This document shows, in pieces, positions 41,363-55,031 of a stretch of 64,000 nucleotides of DNA (its first letter is position 1; each line of letters begins with the position of its first letter). The stretch covers positions 49,438,319 to 49,502,318 of the forward strand of contig NC_068981.1 in NCBI RefSeq assembly GCF_001194135.2, read 5' to 3'. The notes beneath the pieces are model-generated. The model was not told the DNA's origin and made no database searches. It worked only from the letters and a program-made list of their open reading frames with translations. The DNA comes from Octopus bimaculoides. Taxonomy: Eukaryota. Both the position numbers and the translations under genes were made by a program.

Positions 41363-42573
41363 GTGCGTGTGTGTAGTCTCATATTCCGTTTGTTTCCTTC
41401 AGTGATTACTGAAACACAGCCAATAATGCCATTGCAACAATACTGGCTTCTTTGTTTCGCTGTATAATAACATACGTTGAAAACATTTGTGGCAGCATGA
41501 TTTAGAGCGAAGTATGCCTGAAGAATTGTGATTTTTGTATCACTTTTCACGTGGAGATTGAATGGTATTTAATATCTTCATAAACTTGAGTTATATTACA
41601 TTTTAACCTTCAAACACGTCATTCTATAAGTAAATTGCAATAATTTTCGAAACAGCAATATTTTCTGAATGACCAATATTTATTTATTCGCGAAAGCACT
41701 GCTATAAAATATGTAAGCGCATATGATTAATCCACTGTGTAATACTCATTGATAGTTCTCAATTGCTAGTATTTCGACGATGCTCTCAGAAAAGAATATA
41801 TCAACATTTCATCTACTTCCTTTACATTTTCTGAAGTATGCTTTCAAATAATGTCTCTTATAATTGTGTTACGATGTCGCAAATGACATAATCTTAGTGC
41901 CATTAATAAGATTTAAATGTCGCCCGCATCATATTTCTCATTCTTACGACATCGAAAACACATCAGACTGTATGTACTTGAAGATAAGTGCAATATAAGT
42001 TGTCTATAAGTAAGTATGATATTTAGATTTACTTTCCTTTTTATAGCAAACGTAAAGATAATAAACTTACAAAGGTAGTTTTAAAATCATACGCTCAAAT
42101 TTACTTTCATGTCATGCAGCCCCATATGCTCTTTAAATATGTAGATATATATTACAAAATATTTAAAAATGCATTATGGAAGATTCTAGAGAACCATTCA
42201 AAACGCACATTCATAATTGCACAATTTTTATTTCTTCATATTATTATACTGCATAGATTGTCACAAGATTTAGCCAAATATGTATTTGTATATGCAAGCT
42301 ATGATGTAGAAAATCGGCGAAATGCTTGCAGGAATTCTAACAAACAATAGTGTAAAGAAAATAAAAATAAACGATTCCATTGGTATACGCGTGGCTTAGA
42401 TACTTATTCTATGAATTCATCTCGAATTACAAGACTCTACGCTTTCCGTTGTAAGCGCTTTTTTTGCACCCTAATGCATGTATATATATATACATAAATA
42501 CAAACATATTTACACACGCGCGCGNNNNNNNNNNTATAGATAGATATATATACACATATATATATATATACAC

Positions 42574-42611
<38 letters not shown>

Positions 42612-42692
42612 ATGCATGCATACATACGTATATATATATATACATAAATACAAACATATTTACACACGCGCGCGCACACACAGACACACCCT

Positions 42693-42724
<32 letters not shown>

Positions 42725-42961
42725 GAGAGAGAGAGAAAGACAAGTACCAATATTTCATATAGTAGGCTAGTTTATTTATTGAGAGATCTCTCACTACATG
42801 AAACCTGTGGTAACCTTGTTCATCCGCAACAAAAGTATATTTATCTGTCAATGCAGTGCTTAGTACACATTCTCAATGTTCGATATTAACATACACGTAT
42901 ATCTATGTGTTTGTGCGCGCGCGTATGTGAATGTATGAGTGTGGGTGTATGTGTCTGTTTG

Positions 42962-42994
<33 letters not shown>

Positions 42995-45147
42995 GTGTGT
43001 GTGTGTACATGCATATATAATAAGTGCAGCATATGTACTGCGCTACCACAGTTTTTCATTATGGTTTAATGCGAAAACAATTCAGTCTTGTTATATGGAA
43101 GCAACACGGTATGTGCTTAAAGATAATGTTTGTAAATGAATGCTAGCAGTTATTATGGAATACGTCCCTATAAGCTGAGTGCCAGATCAAACTAGATAGT
43201 ACATGAAACGAGAGATGAAACACAGAAAATGATAACCATTCCGTGTTGAGCAAAATAATGGAAATATATTTAGGAAAAGAACACCGGAACAAACTCTTCA
43301 AGACAAATATCTTATTCACAGAGATAATAGTTGCATTATCTTAGTCCAGGACACCACATATTTATTTTAACAAACATAAAGTATTATTTTGTTATATAGA
43401 AAATAAAAATATATTTTGAAATATTGTCAGTGCTTTTGTGGAAAAGTAAGCATTTAATAAACATTTCTTTCTATTAATAAATAATACTAATTTTATTAAG
43501 GAATGTATACTTAAGAATATTATTGTTGGATCGTTTTTATCTATTTAAAATGTTGCTATGAACGTATTTGAAAATCTAGACATTTAAATCAAATAAACCC
43601 CTTACATAAAATCGAAGAATTCGAACGGGTCCTTTTGTTTCTTTGAATGATATTTACAAAAACATTTCTAAAGAGGTCTTTCCTAATGTTTTTTTTTACG
43701 GTCAAAATCTAATTTAGTTATGAAATATTTTATCCATCATGAGATACATCCTATTATTCATACTGAAAGGAATCGCATACTGAACTAATTCCATTTATTT
43801 GGCTCTAATCTATAATTATGTAAACTATGTGCTGAGTATGCTTGTGTTTTATACACTCCGTTATCCTTTTCTAAGATCGTTAAAATGTCAATATTATGAA
43901 CAACCTCTATTCAAGCAGTAAAGATGTTCAGAATTTTCTCACAAAATCAAATTAAAATTGATTTTGCCCTACACATTAAGAGATTTCATTCATTTCTCTT
44001 ATATATATATATTTGTATTACTTCACATGTATTATACTACTTATTAAATTAAAGTATGAACACTAAGAACTAAATAATTTTGCTTATTCCCTGTCGGTCA
44101 GAAAATTCACACACATAGTAACATTAAGGGAATTGCGCTTAAATATGCATAAAAACATTACTCATTATTGGATTCTATGCTATCACTTAATATAGTAAAT
44201 CTTTTCTTTATGGACAAAGTCTATCAAAACGTTCTTTGAATGAATACTGCATGATAGTTTACAAATTTGTCACGAACAGTAAATATCCCGGCGATATAAA
44301 ACAAGTTAGCATATCATAAGGGATGAATCGGATATTGTGAATTAAATATGGTGATTAATGTAGATGTTTTTTTCAAAATAAAATACCAAAATATTTTGAC
44401 TAAATCTATTTCTAATCTATAACAAGGAATCGTATGAGAGCGTTTGTCATTCTTCCCAAATATGGCATAAACGGCTTGTAAGATGGATTTGTTAAAGTTA
44501 ATTTCAGAATTTAATTATCAGTTCATTATTTATATCAAATTTCTGAAGTAGCTTCTTAGTATTAGATATTCTTCACATCAGATGTGACAATATCTAACAC
44601 ATAATGTGCAAATTATGTTACATTATAACACCTATAATTATAAAACAAAGATATCATGTACATAAATATTATGAGAGAATACATTACATAATCTATTCTG
44701 TGAAAAAGAAATGCATTGTCCGTAAATATAAATAAGTAAATAGAAACTCCTACTTTAGTACTGGAGAAAATATACAAAATAACGAACATAAACACGATCA
44801 CACACACATACATACATACATACATATATATATATATATNNNNNNNNNNNNNNNNNNNNNNNNNNNNNNNNNNNNNNNNNNNNNNNNNNNNNNNNNNNNN
44901 NNNNNNNNAATATTCTCAGGAAATCAATATTTAATATTTCTAAAGATATATATCCAATATGACATGGTAATATAATAAATTTAAAATTTAAAATATAAAT
45001 ATACGAAATATAAATATAAATATGTATAAAAATATGAATGTAGATAAAGATACATGTGAATATAAATGCGTATAAAAATTTCATGCGTAATTAAGTATGA
45101 ATGTTGTAAAGTCTAAAATATAAAAAAGCCTAAAATTTAAAGAATTA

Positions 45148-45235
45148 CATCTGACGATCGTTTCGCGGTTATTACTATAATCACAATGTGATCAAAAGAT
45201 CAACATACTCTCAGTAACTCCGCTCTTCGGAGATG
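45148..45235 (-). ncRNA. Candidate type I hammerhead ribozyme (U4C core variant)
   Basis: Minus strand: CATCT-CCGAAGA-GCGG..CCGC-GAAAC-GATC-GTC-AGATG. Stem I is CATCT/AGATG, stem II is GCGG/CCGC plus GTTACT/AGTAAT, and stem III has a palindromic loop and GUC triplet. Confidence 0.6.
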
Positions 45236-45564
45236 AATTAAGAACCAATGGTATATATATAATATTAATTAAAACATTAGAAATATTAAAAATTAAAAAT
45301 AATAATAAAGTGTATGCTGTCCTTCCTATAAATTGTAAAATTAATCCTTCTGAAATTTGTAAAGTTCATTCCTTTCATGCTTTGTTGAAATTCCAAGTGT
45401 TAAACACTTTCTTGTATAAAAATTGGTATATTTTTTTCTAAATGTATACAAGACCTCGGTAAAACTCATCCTTCTGTTGTACGTGTTGGTAATCCTATAA
45501 ATTCGATCAAAGTTTGAAAATTCATCCAGTGCGAAATTTAATGTTGAAATATTGGTTCTTAATT

Positions 45565-45652
45565 CATCTCCGAAGAGCGGAATTACTGATAGTATGTTGA
45601 TCTTTTGATCACATTGTGATTATAGTAATATACGCGAAACGATCGTCAGATG
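45565..45652 (+). ncRNA. Candidate type I hammerhead ribozyme (mirror copy)
   Basis: CATCT (45565)-CCGAAGA-GCGG..ACGC-GAAAC (45636)-GATC-GTC (predicted cut after 45647)-AGATG. One stem II mismatch relative to the left copy. Confidence 0.55.
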
Positions 45653-46022
45653 TAATTCTTTAAATTTTAGGCTTTTTTATATTTTAGACTTTACAACATT
45701 CATACTTAATTACGCATAAAATGTTTATACGCATTTATATTCACATGTATCTTTATCTACATTCATATTTTTATACATATTTATATTTATATTTCGTATA
45801 TTTATATTTTAAATTTTAAATTTATTATATTACCATGTCATATTGGATATATATCTTTAAAAATATTAAATATTGATTTCCTGAGAATATTATTGATAAG
45901 TTTATGAATTTATTAATAATATAAAAACACATATATATATATATATATATTTATTTGCTCAAAAAATAGAGCACTCAATATAAGTTCAGTTACATATTCT
46001 TTTAGAATATTACTTATAAAAG

Positions 46023-46055
<33 letters not shown>

Positions 46056-46079
46056 TTTGTGTGTGGGTGTGTGTACATA

Positions 46080-47060
46080 TTGGGTCATTCCAATAATATG
46101 GTTTTTTAATACATCTATTGTTTTTCAAAATTAAGATAAATGATTTTTTAAAAATTCTAATATATACTCTCCTTCATTTTTCTTCAATGCTCTTCCATCT
46201 ATGTAGTAGAATTGCAATGCCTCACTTCCAAAATGTACTTCTCTTTAACGATACATACTCCTGTAGTACTGTTCTGACCTCGTCTACAGTATTTACATTT
46301 TTTCCTGCCAAATGATTTTGAAGACCGGGGAATAAATGATAATCAGATGGGGAAATGTACGGCACATATTGTGGGTGGGACATCGTCTCTAACTGATACT
46401 GCTCCAGCCTTTGAAATGTCATCCTTGCTGTATGTAGCCGAGCATTATCCTGATGGACGAGTACCTTTCGTTTTGGAACCAAAGATAGTCGTTTTTCTTC
46501 TAGCACTGACTGAAGCCGTTCAAGCTGCACGCAGTAGATCTCTTTGTTGCTGCTTGGTTTGGTTTTAAAAGTTCAAAGTGGACTAAACCTTTCATATCCC
46601 ACGAAACAGATAGCAACACATTACGTGGATGAAGGCATTTAATCTGGGGTGCCGATGTTTCTCCTTTCCCTACCCACTGTATTCGGCGCTTAACATTTTT
46701 ACAGAGAACCCACTTATCGTCACCAGTTACTATTCGGTCCAAAAAGGGTTCATTGCTGAAACGTGACAACAAAGAAGGGCACTCATTTACTCTTTGTGCA
46801 CGATAAAACTAGCAAAGTTCATGAGAAGCACATTAACCCAATTTGCTTACTTTTCCTCTACAAATTTTCCAGGATGAGGCACGTCTTCTAGGCTGCAGTT
46901 TCAGGTTTGGAGTTTCTGAAGCCACCGTTGACACTGGCTTACGCATATTGTCCGATCCCTATATACTGCATTCATACCCCTCGCGATTTCCGTTGCCTTG
47001 TTGCCTTTATTGAACTCAAAGGAATATATCCCGAATATGCCCCTTTGTCACTTCTATAAT
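46080..47060 (-). mobile_element. Decayed mariner, same family as 312-1557; one TIR, internal deletion
   Basis: TA|TTGGGTCATTCCAATAA at 46080. Motifs FLDRIVTGDDKWV, WDMKGLVHFELL, HQDNARLH and YISPSDYHLF, with N-terminal TKGHIRDIF. Nucleotide match to 590-700. Confidence 0.9.
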
Positions 47061-47453
47061 AGCTTTGCAAAATAACTCTAAAATTCTAACTGTAATATTC
47101 AAAATTGAAAGAAATTTGCCGTATATATATGTCTGTATGTCTAAGATGCTGTATTTGCGTGTGTGTGTCGGTTCATGTGTTTGTGTGTGTCTGAGCGTTT
47201 GGATAAGGGGTTGGGGCGTTATATATGTACACACACACACAAACATATATACATATATATAAATTATACATATATATATATATACATATATTCATATATA
47301 CATAAATATTCATATATAAACACACATATGTATATAGGTATGCACATATGGGTACAGGACTTCACAAAACGCAAACTACATGAGATAGGACAATAATGTT
47401 GGGTACGCGAAGAACGGGAGAAACGAATGGAAAACAAAACAATGTGTGTGTGC

Positions 47454-47625
<172 letters not shown>

Positions 47626-49566
47626 AGAGTTATATATGTCGGTGTATGTGTGTATTCATATATATGTGCAGGTGCACACAAGCATGTAGGTGAGTGTGAT
47701 ATTTGCGAGTGCCGTGTGTGTGTTTTTACATACTTTATTCTCTTTAATATAAATGTGTGAATGAAATTAAGTTTCTTTATGCAATATAGGAACACATTCT
47801 TAATAATTACGTAATACGATTACAGCAAAGAAAGCAGAATATTCTTGAATAATCGAAAGTGAACATTGGCAGAAATGAATTATTTACAAAAGTATTAACA
47901 GAGAAAAGAAAATGGCAAACAGTTATTCGTTGTTTGTATTGCGTTTTGGTGATGAGTGAATTTCATTTTAAATCTTAATTTTTTTTTTAACTGTTGATTG
48001 ATTGACACTATGCCTTAATCGCATAAATGCAGAATGTGTCCGCGTAGTCGCATTGCAGCTTAATGTATTTAATTCCCTCAATTAATCATATCACTATTTA
48101 GACTCTTCGCAAGATTTTCATATTTCAACTTCATTTATCATCTGCGAATTCTGGAAAACAGGAGATTTGTTCAAGAAAAATTGCAATCTGTCATTCTGAT
48201 CTGATTAATTTATTGAGCAAAATGATTTGATTCCATCTTAGACTGAAAAATCCTATTCATTTGCATGCTTTTCAGACAGGTTCAATACTCTATTCATATT
48301 AAATATTTTCGTTTCAATTCAGCCAGATAACTCAGGATAATTACAGGTAAATAGTTAGCTGCACAATTTCGGGTAATTGCCTATAAACTTTTTTCTCTTT
48401 ATAAGCTTAGGTTGTAGATTTAAGCATTGCAGAAATCTGAATTTGCTTAAGAAAATATTACATTCCACTGTTCTCCGTTTCATAAAACTATTTTAACATT
48501 TAAACCATTCGAAAAATGCTCTTTATATCACTATAATTTAACATATATCTTTGTTATCACTGCGATAGCCAGATAGTCAAGATGCATGTTCGGTATAATT
48601 ATGACAGAATAGTATTTGATAGGTGGAAAATATATGTGCAGAAGTCTGTCGTATTATAGGTATGTCCACCTCCATCCCTTTGTGCTTGGTTTTCATTTTA
48701 TGAGTGCTTGTGTGTATGTATATATATATATATATATGACAGAGAGAGACAGATGGACAGAGAAAGGAGAGAGGAGATGTTTTTCTTCAAATGAGGAATT
48801 GGAAGCAAGATGTTTCTTTCGTTTATGACTCGCCAAATAATATTTCGTTGATAGGTTATTAAGGTTTCAAGATTTTCGGGTTTTCTTTTCAATATGTTTT
48901 TTTTTTCTTATAGGAATTACCCCTAGATTTAAAATATTCAAAGCTATGATTATTTTTGAACGATTTCGCATAATTTCGTATAATTAATTACCAAATGTGT
49001 ATCAACGGCAAAATATTTTAGGTAATGAAAAGTATACCAGCAATGCTGGTTTGAAGCGAGCGAAAGAAGTGTGACACGCATTTGAGCATTAAATGCGGCT
49101 GTCTAGCAATGATGGATAGTTAAATTTTAACACGAAATACGATAAGTGTGTACAAAATGCAATTGCATACATTGAATATATATATTTATTTATTTATGGG
49201 TTTCAGCCAAGTGGCTGCGGTCATGCTGGAGCACCATATATACACATATATATAAACTCGTAATTATATATACGCATTCACACATTCGGTATACGATGTC
49301 ACATAATTACGCAGACTGATAATATACATACGCTTATCAATAAATGTGTGTGTGTGTGTTTGTTTGTGCACGCGCGCGTGTTTAGAAAGATAAATAGCGA
49401 TAGAAATGGAAGCATAGAAGCGTAAAATTCTTTTAAGGCCTGGAACTTACTTTTCTTATGTTTTACCGAACTGCTAAGCAACAGAAACATTAAAGCGCTA
49501 ACACCGGTCAAGTGGAAGTAGGTTAGAGACACTAGCACGTGCACCCTCCCCCATATATATATATAT

Positions 49567-49622
<56 letters not shown>

Positions 49623-52600
49623 ATAGATAAAACTTACTTGGAGGCAATGCGTGGCGTTCGATCATATAATAACATGAAAAATATATAATTATATGCATTT
49701 ATCCATGCATATATGTACATACCGACATCTATATGTATACATACATGCATATATGAGTACAGTACATCACAAAAAAACGTTAAGTGCAATGAGAAACGAA
49801 AATATTAAGACGAAGAAACAAAACGAACTTTTTTTTCGAACAACGAAAAAAAACAACCAGAGAAACGAGACATGCAGCATAAAGAATATAATCCTTCTTC
49901 AGTTGTCCCTGCTGCATCTAATCCGCGTTTCGAAGGCAAGGACAATACGTCACTTCGTTGGAGCAGTTCTTCCCGCAAGCAAATTAATTAAAATCTGGAC
50001 ATTTTTGTGGAGGGTGAAAGTGTAAACAAGAACAGGACAGTGAGAACAAGACAGTAAAAACAAAAGAGAACAGTGAGAACAAACGGTAAGGACTGCTAGG
50101 CCAAGACGATAGAACAATTATTTCGAACGCTAGTTAGAGAGAGAGAAAAATTGCGTCTTCTCTATAGGAAGGCAGGAAATAAAAAGAAAGAATCCCGTGT
50201 CAGCGACGAGAGGGTCAAGGAGGAGGAGTGAGAGAAGGAATGGTGAAAGGAAGAGAAGAATCGGGGAGGGTTGAGAGAGAAAAACAGAAAGGATGAAGAA
50301 CAAATACATGTATTCACACACACATGATGTGTTCTTTCAACTTTCGTGTGCGAGATTCACTCAAAAGGCTTTTGTCGGTCAGAAGTGCCACGGTGTTGGA
50401 CTCCACCCAAGACCTTGTAGTTGGAAATAAACTTTTTACTGAGTGAACCCTGTATTCCACTAGTCTCTCTCGTCTACACGAGTCTTGAACCTTTGAAAAT
50501 CTACGTCAAGCCATATTAAAATGGAAAATTTCATGTAATATCGCAGGAAGGATAAGACCTAAAATCCATGTATCGGTGAAATATGTCCGTGATTTTCCAT
50601 TAGGGAACGGTTGTAATTCTTTCATTTTCCTTGGCAACCAAATTGCCCCCAAAAGGAAATTACCAGTCACTCATTACCATATTTAAATGGATTGGTTCAT
50701 AAATGTTATTTATTCATTTCATGAATCCTGTAAGCGCTTTCTTGTTTCTACAAAATACGAAGCAGTTCCCAGGAATCTTTTCCAGTTTTCCTTTAAATTG
50801 GATTGAATCTGTAGACCAACTTAATCCCCGGCTGGTCATACATATTTTATGCAAGGGATCCCAGCGCTAGAGTAGCAAAAATGGGTGTAACTTATATGCG
50901 CATTACCGACTTTTATTTTGTAGCTATAATTTGAAGGAAGTGGTTTTATTTTATCCAAACCGCAATCCGTCCAATCTTCATCCTCTGGGGAAGAGTTTCA
51001 CAATTTTCTGTGGTTATTTGTAAAACCAGAATTCTACACATTCCAAACTAAATCCATGTGTGATAATTATGAAAAGACTGTTAATGTCATAATTAACAAA
51101 GATAGCACCTATCTATTCATTCTGGAATGTGGTTTAAGAAGTTCAAGCGATACCTGATGTAATTAGAAAATGATTTACACAACGGTTTTGAGATATGAAA
51201 GACGTTGTTTTATCATTGAATTTCTTAGAGATAGTCTCGCAGCAAATAAGCGAAATTTAAATCAGGTAATCTGGAAATCCATGGACATGACGTATAGAGA
51301 TCATTTACATTACATCGAATTGCTTTACATTTATGAATTCCAAATTCATTATTACTTCACTAATAAATAAACTTTGATCTTGACTTTTAATATAGCAGTT
51401 GTTTTCCGTATCCGTTTATCTTCCTTGATTTCTAATAGTTTGTGGGAGTGATGATCAATTATTTGTACTAGGATTATTTCTCTGTAATGAATAATGTTTC
51501 CTGTAACACTTGATTATCCTTTGTTAGTTTCATTAACGAAAACAGTTATGTTTCTTTAAAATTTCCACTGCACTTTGTGCGTGGTAATTTTATACGACTT
51601 ACTGGAACGTTTCAGCTTATCTATTTTTTTTTCAGATATATTATATTATATATTCCTTTACGTATTCATTCCTGTTCGTCAGTGGTTTAAATTCCTTTCC
51701 ATTTATTAAAAAGGTAAAAGAAAAAAAAACTTATAGTTCTTCATAATACTTTTTTGTCGAAGAACACTCGGAGAAGAAGGTTTCTCCAAAAGATCATTTG
51801 TCTCATGTTTTGGAAATGCTGGAAATTTAATTACATATTATTTCAAGAGTTTCCTTCATTTTACATGTGCTTTCAGTTTGATACATTCCTTAGCTTTATG
51901 GCCCACTACCTTGAATATTTTGTATCATTAATGTTTTCTTTCGGTTGTGTTTTGCAACCGCCACTCCTTAATAAACATATTTTCTTTCGTGTTGAAGCAA
52001 TTTTATCCTAAATTACTATTCGATAATTTGTAAAAGGTAACTCCAGTTGCTGATATGTCCATAATTATTGTTATACAAGGCTGTTATACTATGTTCGCAT
52101 GTTGTCATGCAGAAACATATACCGTTAGGTTGGACGCTCTATTGTGTATTCCTATTGTTATTGTTTTCAAGTGTTTTAATGTATTTGAGATTATTGCAGT
52201 ATGAATTATTGAATGATTGTCCATTTTTAATTTGACAGGTTATGGGTTGTCGCCCTTTGATTGTTACTTCATCTGATTTATAAATTATTAAGGAAGAGTT
52301 ATAAACCCTTTGTCAAGTTGTGCATATTAAAAAATATTTATGGCTTTATTTTAGTTTTCTTTAATTCAATTCCGTTAATATCTTCAAAGTTCTATAACCA
52401 CTCTTCGAATTTTGAATTCATTTCTTCTTTATGTTTATTGATTTCTCACATTTCAAAACTTTTTTCTCCTATCACTTCATTCCCTCTTTCGGTAATTTCC
52501 TTTTGGTCACACTTTTCAATTTGACATTTTTAAATATAATTTATGTACTCTTGGCCATACCATGTGATATCCGCTTCCAAGTTTTGAACTGCACGTCATA

Positions 52601-54171
52601 GTGCGAACATCTTACTGCATAATTGCTGCAGATTTACATATAAATTATTATATTTTCACTGCGAGTCATTGTCTTTCTTTAAAATGGAATTCAGTAATTA
52701 AGGACTGGTCTAAAAACTATTCCACAGTTGCATCGACTACAGTATTGGGCTATAAATTTTACTGTTCTTGAAAATAATTTAGTATATATATATATACAGA
52801 TTCTGCTGGTTGTCACAGGATATAATCGGTCATAATGTCTTACGTTTAAGATGATTCCCATGCTTTCCCTGATGAGAAGGTTACAATTTTAATATCAAAG
52901 ATCCCTATGGATCACACAGGTTGTAATCCTTTGAAACATATGTAGGAATAAAGTATGCAATTATAACATGCGTTTTCTCCAATCCTTAAATATACTCAAA
53001 TACCCAAAATTTCAAGGACTTCCTGCCTTAAAAACAGGAGCTAACCACAGTTATTTTGTGTGCTTTGCTACATTGGTTTCTATTAACCCATTTATTCTAT
53101 CAGAAGAATTTTTATTCATTAAGATAGAAGAAATACACATAATTATATATATATATATATGTATATATGTATATATATATATATAATATAATATAGGATA
53201 AAATCTTTNNNNNNNNNNNNNNNNNNNNNNNNNNNNNNNNNNNNNNNNNNNNNNNNNNNNNNNNNNNNNNNNNNNNNNNNNNNNNNNNNNNNNNNNNNNN
53301 NNNNNNNNNNNNNNNNNNNNNNNNNNNNNNNNNNNNNNNNNNNNNNNNNNNNNNNNNNNNNNNNNNNNNNNNNNNNNNNNNNNNNNNNNNNNNNNNNNNN
53401 NNNNNNNNNNNNNNNNNNNNNNNNNNNNNNNNNNNNNNNNNNNNNNNNNNNNNNNNNNNNNNNNNNNNNNNNNNNNNNNNNNNNNNNNNNNNNNNNNNNN
53501 NNNNNNNNNNNNNNNNNNNNNNNNNNNNNNNNNNNNNNNNNNNNNNNNNNNNNNNNNNNNNNNNNNNNNNNNNNNNNNNNNNNNNNNNNNNNNNNNNNNN
53601 NNNNNNNNNNNNNNNNNNNNNNNNNNNNNNNNNNNNNNNNNNNNNNNNNNNNNNNNNNNNNNNNNNNNNNNNNNNNNNNNNNNNNNNNNNNNNNNNNNNN
53701 NNNNNNNNNNNNNNNNNNNNNNNNNNNNNNNNNNNNNNNNNNNNNNNNNNNNNNNNNNNNNNNNNNNNNNNNNNNNNNNNNNNNNNNNNNNNNNNNNNNN
53801 NNNNNNNNNNNNNNNNNNNNNNNNNNNNNNNNNNNNNNNNNNNNNNNNNNNNNNNNNNNNNNNNNNNNNNNNNNNNNNNNNNNNNNNNNNNNNNNNNNNN
53901 NNNNNNNNNNNNNNNNNNNNNNNNNNNNNNNNNNNNNNNNNNNNNNNNNNNNNNNNNNNNNNNNNNNNNNNNNNNNNNNNNNNNNNNNNNNNNNNNNNNN
54001 NNNNNNNNNNNNNNNNNNNNNNNNNNNNNNNNNNNNNNNNNNNNNNNNNNNNNNNNNNNNNNNNNNNNNNNNNNNNNNNNNNNNNNNNNNNNNNNNNNNN
54101 NNNNNNNNNNNNNNNNNNNNNNNNNNNNNNNNNNNNNNNNNNNNNNNNNNNNNNNTATATATATATATATA

Positions 54172-54436
54172 GGCCTAGGAGTTGCTGTGTCGTAAGTAGC
54201 TTGCGTACGATCTACATGGCTCTGGGTTCAGTCCAACTGCGTGGCACCTTGAGCATGTGTCTCTACTATAGCCTCGGGCCGACCGAAGCCTTGTGAGTGG
54301 ATTTGGTAAACGGAAACTGAAAGCTCGTCGTATATATGCATATATATTTATGCATATGTGTGTGTTTGTGTTGTGTGTGTTTGTCCTCTCAACATCGCTT
54401 GACAACCGATGTTGTTGTTTTTACGCCCCCGTAACA
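54172..54436 (+). mobile_element. tRNA-derived SINE family A
   Basis: GGAGTTGCTGTGTCGTAAGTAGCTTGC..GGGTTCAGTCCAACTGCGTGGCACC..CCTTGTGAGTGGATTTGG..CGCTTGACAACCGATG. Confidence 0.85.
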
Positions 54437-54479
54437 CACACACATACACACACACATACACACACACACACACCTGCGC

Positions 54480-54790
54480 CCAAGCACATACCCACACATA
54501 CACACACATACATTTTTCTCTTGCACTCTCCTGTCTTTGAAAAAACTTTTTCTTCATCCTTTCCCTTCCGGTCATTTCAATATGTTGCCGCGTGTGTATC
54601 GTTGGCGATTTTCTTTCTCCGTCATCCCTTCTTTGGACTTTTTGTATAGCTCTGAGGAAGAGCTCCTCTCGAAACGTGAAATCCTCTTTCTTTTCTTTCC
54701 TTTCCTGAGCGTCCAATAACACTGTACTTATTCCACGTCCTCGCGTTGTTGTCTTTTTCTTGCTTGCTCATGTTTGGATTGACTATATAT
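54480..54790 (+). mobile_element. Probable PLE terminal repeat (pLTR) with a decayed hammerhead core
   Basis: A pyrimidine-rich tract, then CTGAGGA-A-GAG-CTCCT-CTC-GAAACGTG at 54652-54678, ending at (TA)n. Confidence 0.5.
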
Positions 54791-54913
54791 ATATATATAC
54801 ACCTATATCAAAATCAAAATCGTAAAATTAATAAATGAGGGCTCACAATAGCATCTACAGTTATTAGTAGTGAGAGCCGCGTTGTCTCTTTAAACAAGAC
54901 ACTTTGTTGTTGC

Positions 54914-54951
<38 letters not shown>

Positions 54952-55031
54952 CGGTCACCGATTGGAATCGAACTCCGAATCTTGGAGTTAGTAGCCCGCG
55001 CTCTTAACCACTACGCCATAAGCCCGTGGGC
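54914..55031 (-). mobile_element. Short tRNA-like retroposon with an (AAT)n tail
   Basis: Minus strand TGGCGTAGTGGTTAAGAGCGCGGGCTACTAACTCCAAGATTCGGAGTTCGATTCCAATC has A and B boxes, a poorly paired anticodon stem and a (TAA)n tail. Confidence 0.65.

Larger units (their letters stand above)
44909..45891. repeat. Near-perfect inverted repeat: 341-bp arms (44909-45249, 45551-45891) and a 301-bp spacer; left end lost in a gap
   Basis: By-eye alignment shows about 7 substitutions and no indels. Confidence 0.95.

Noticed and set aside
42470-42675. Direct duplication of ~50 bp around a 10-N gap
   Set aside because: Probably overlapping contig ends in scaffolding.
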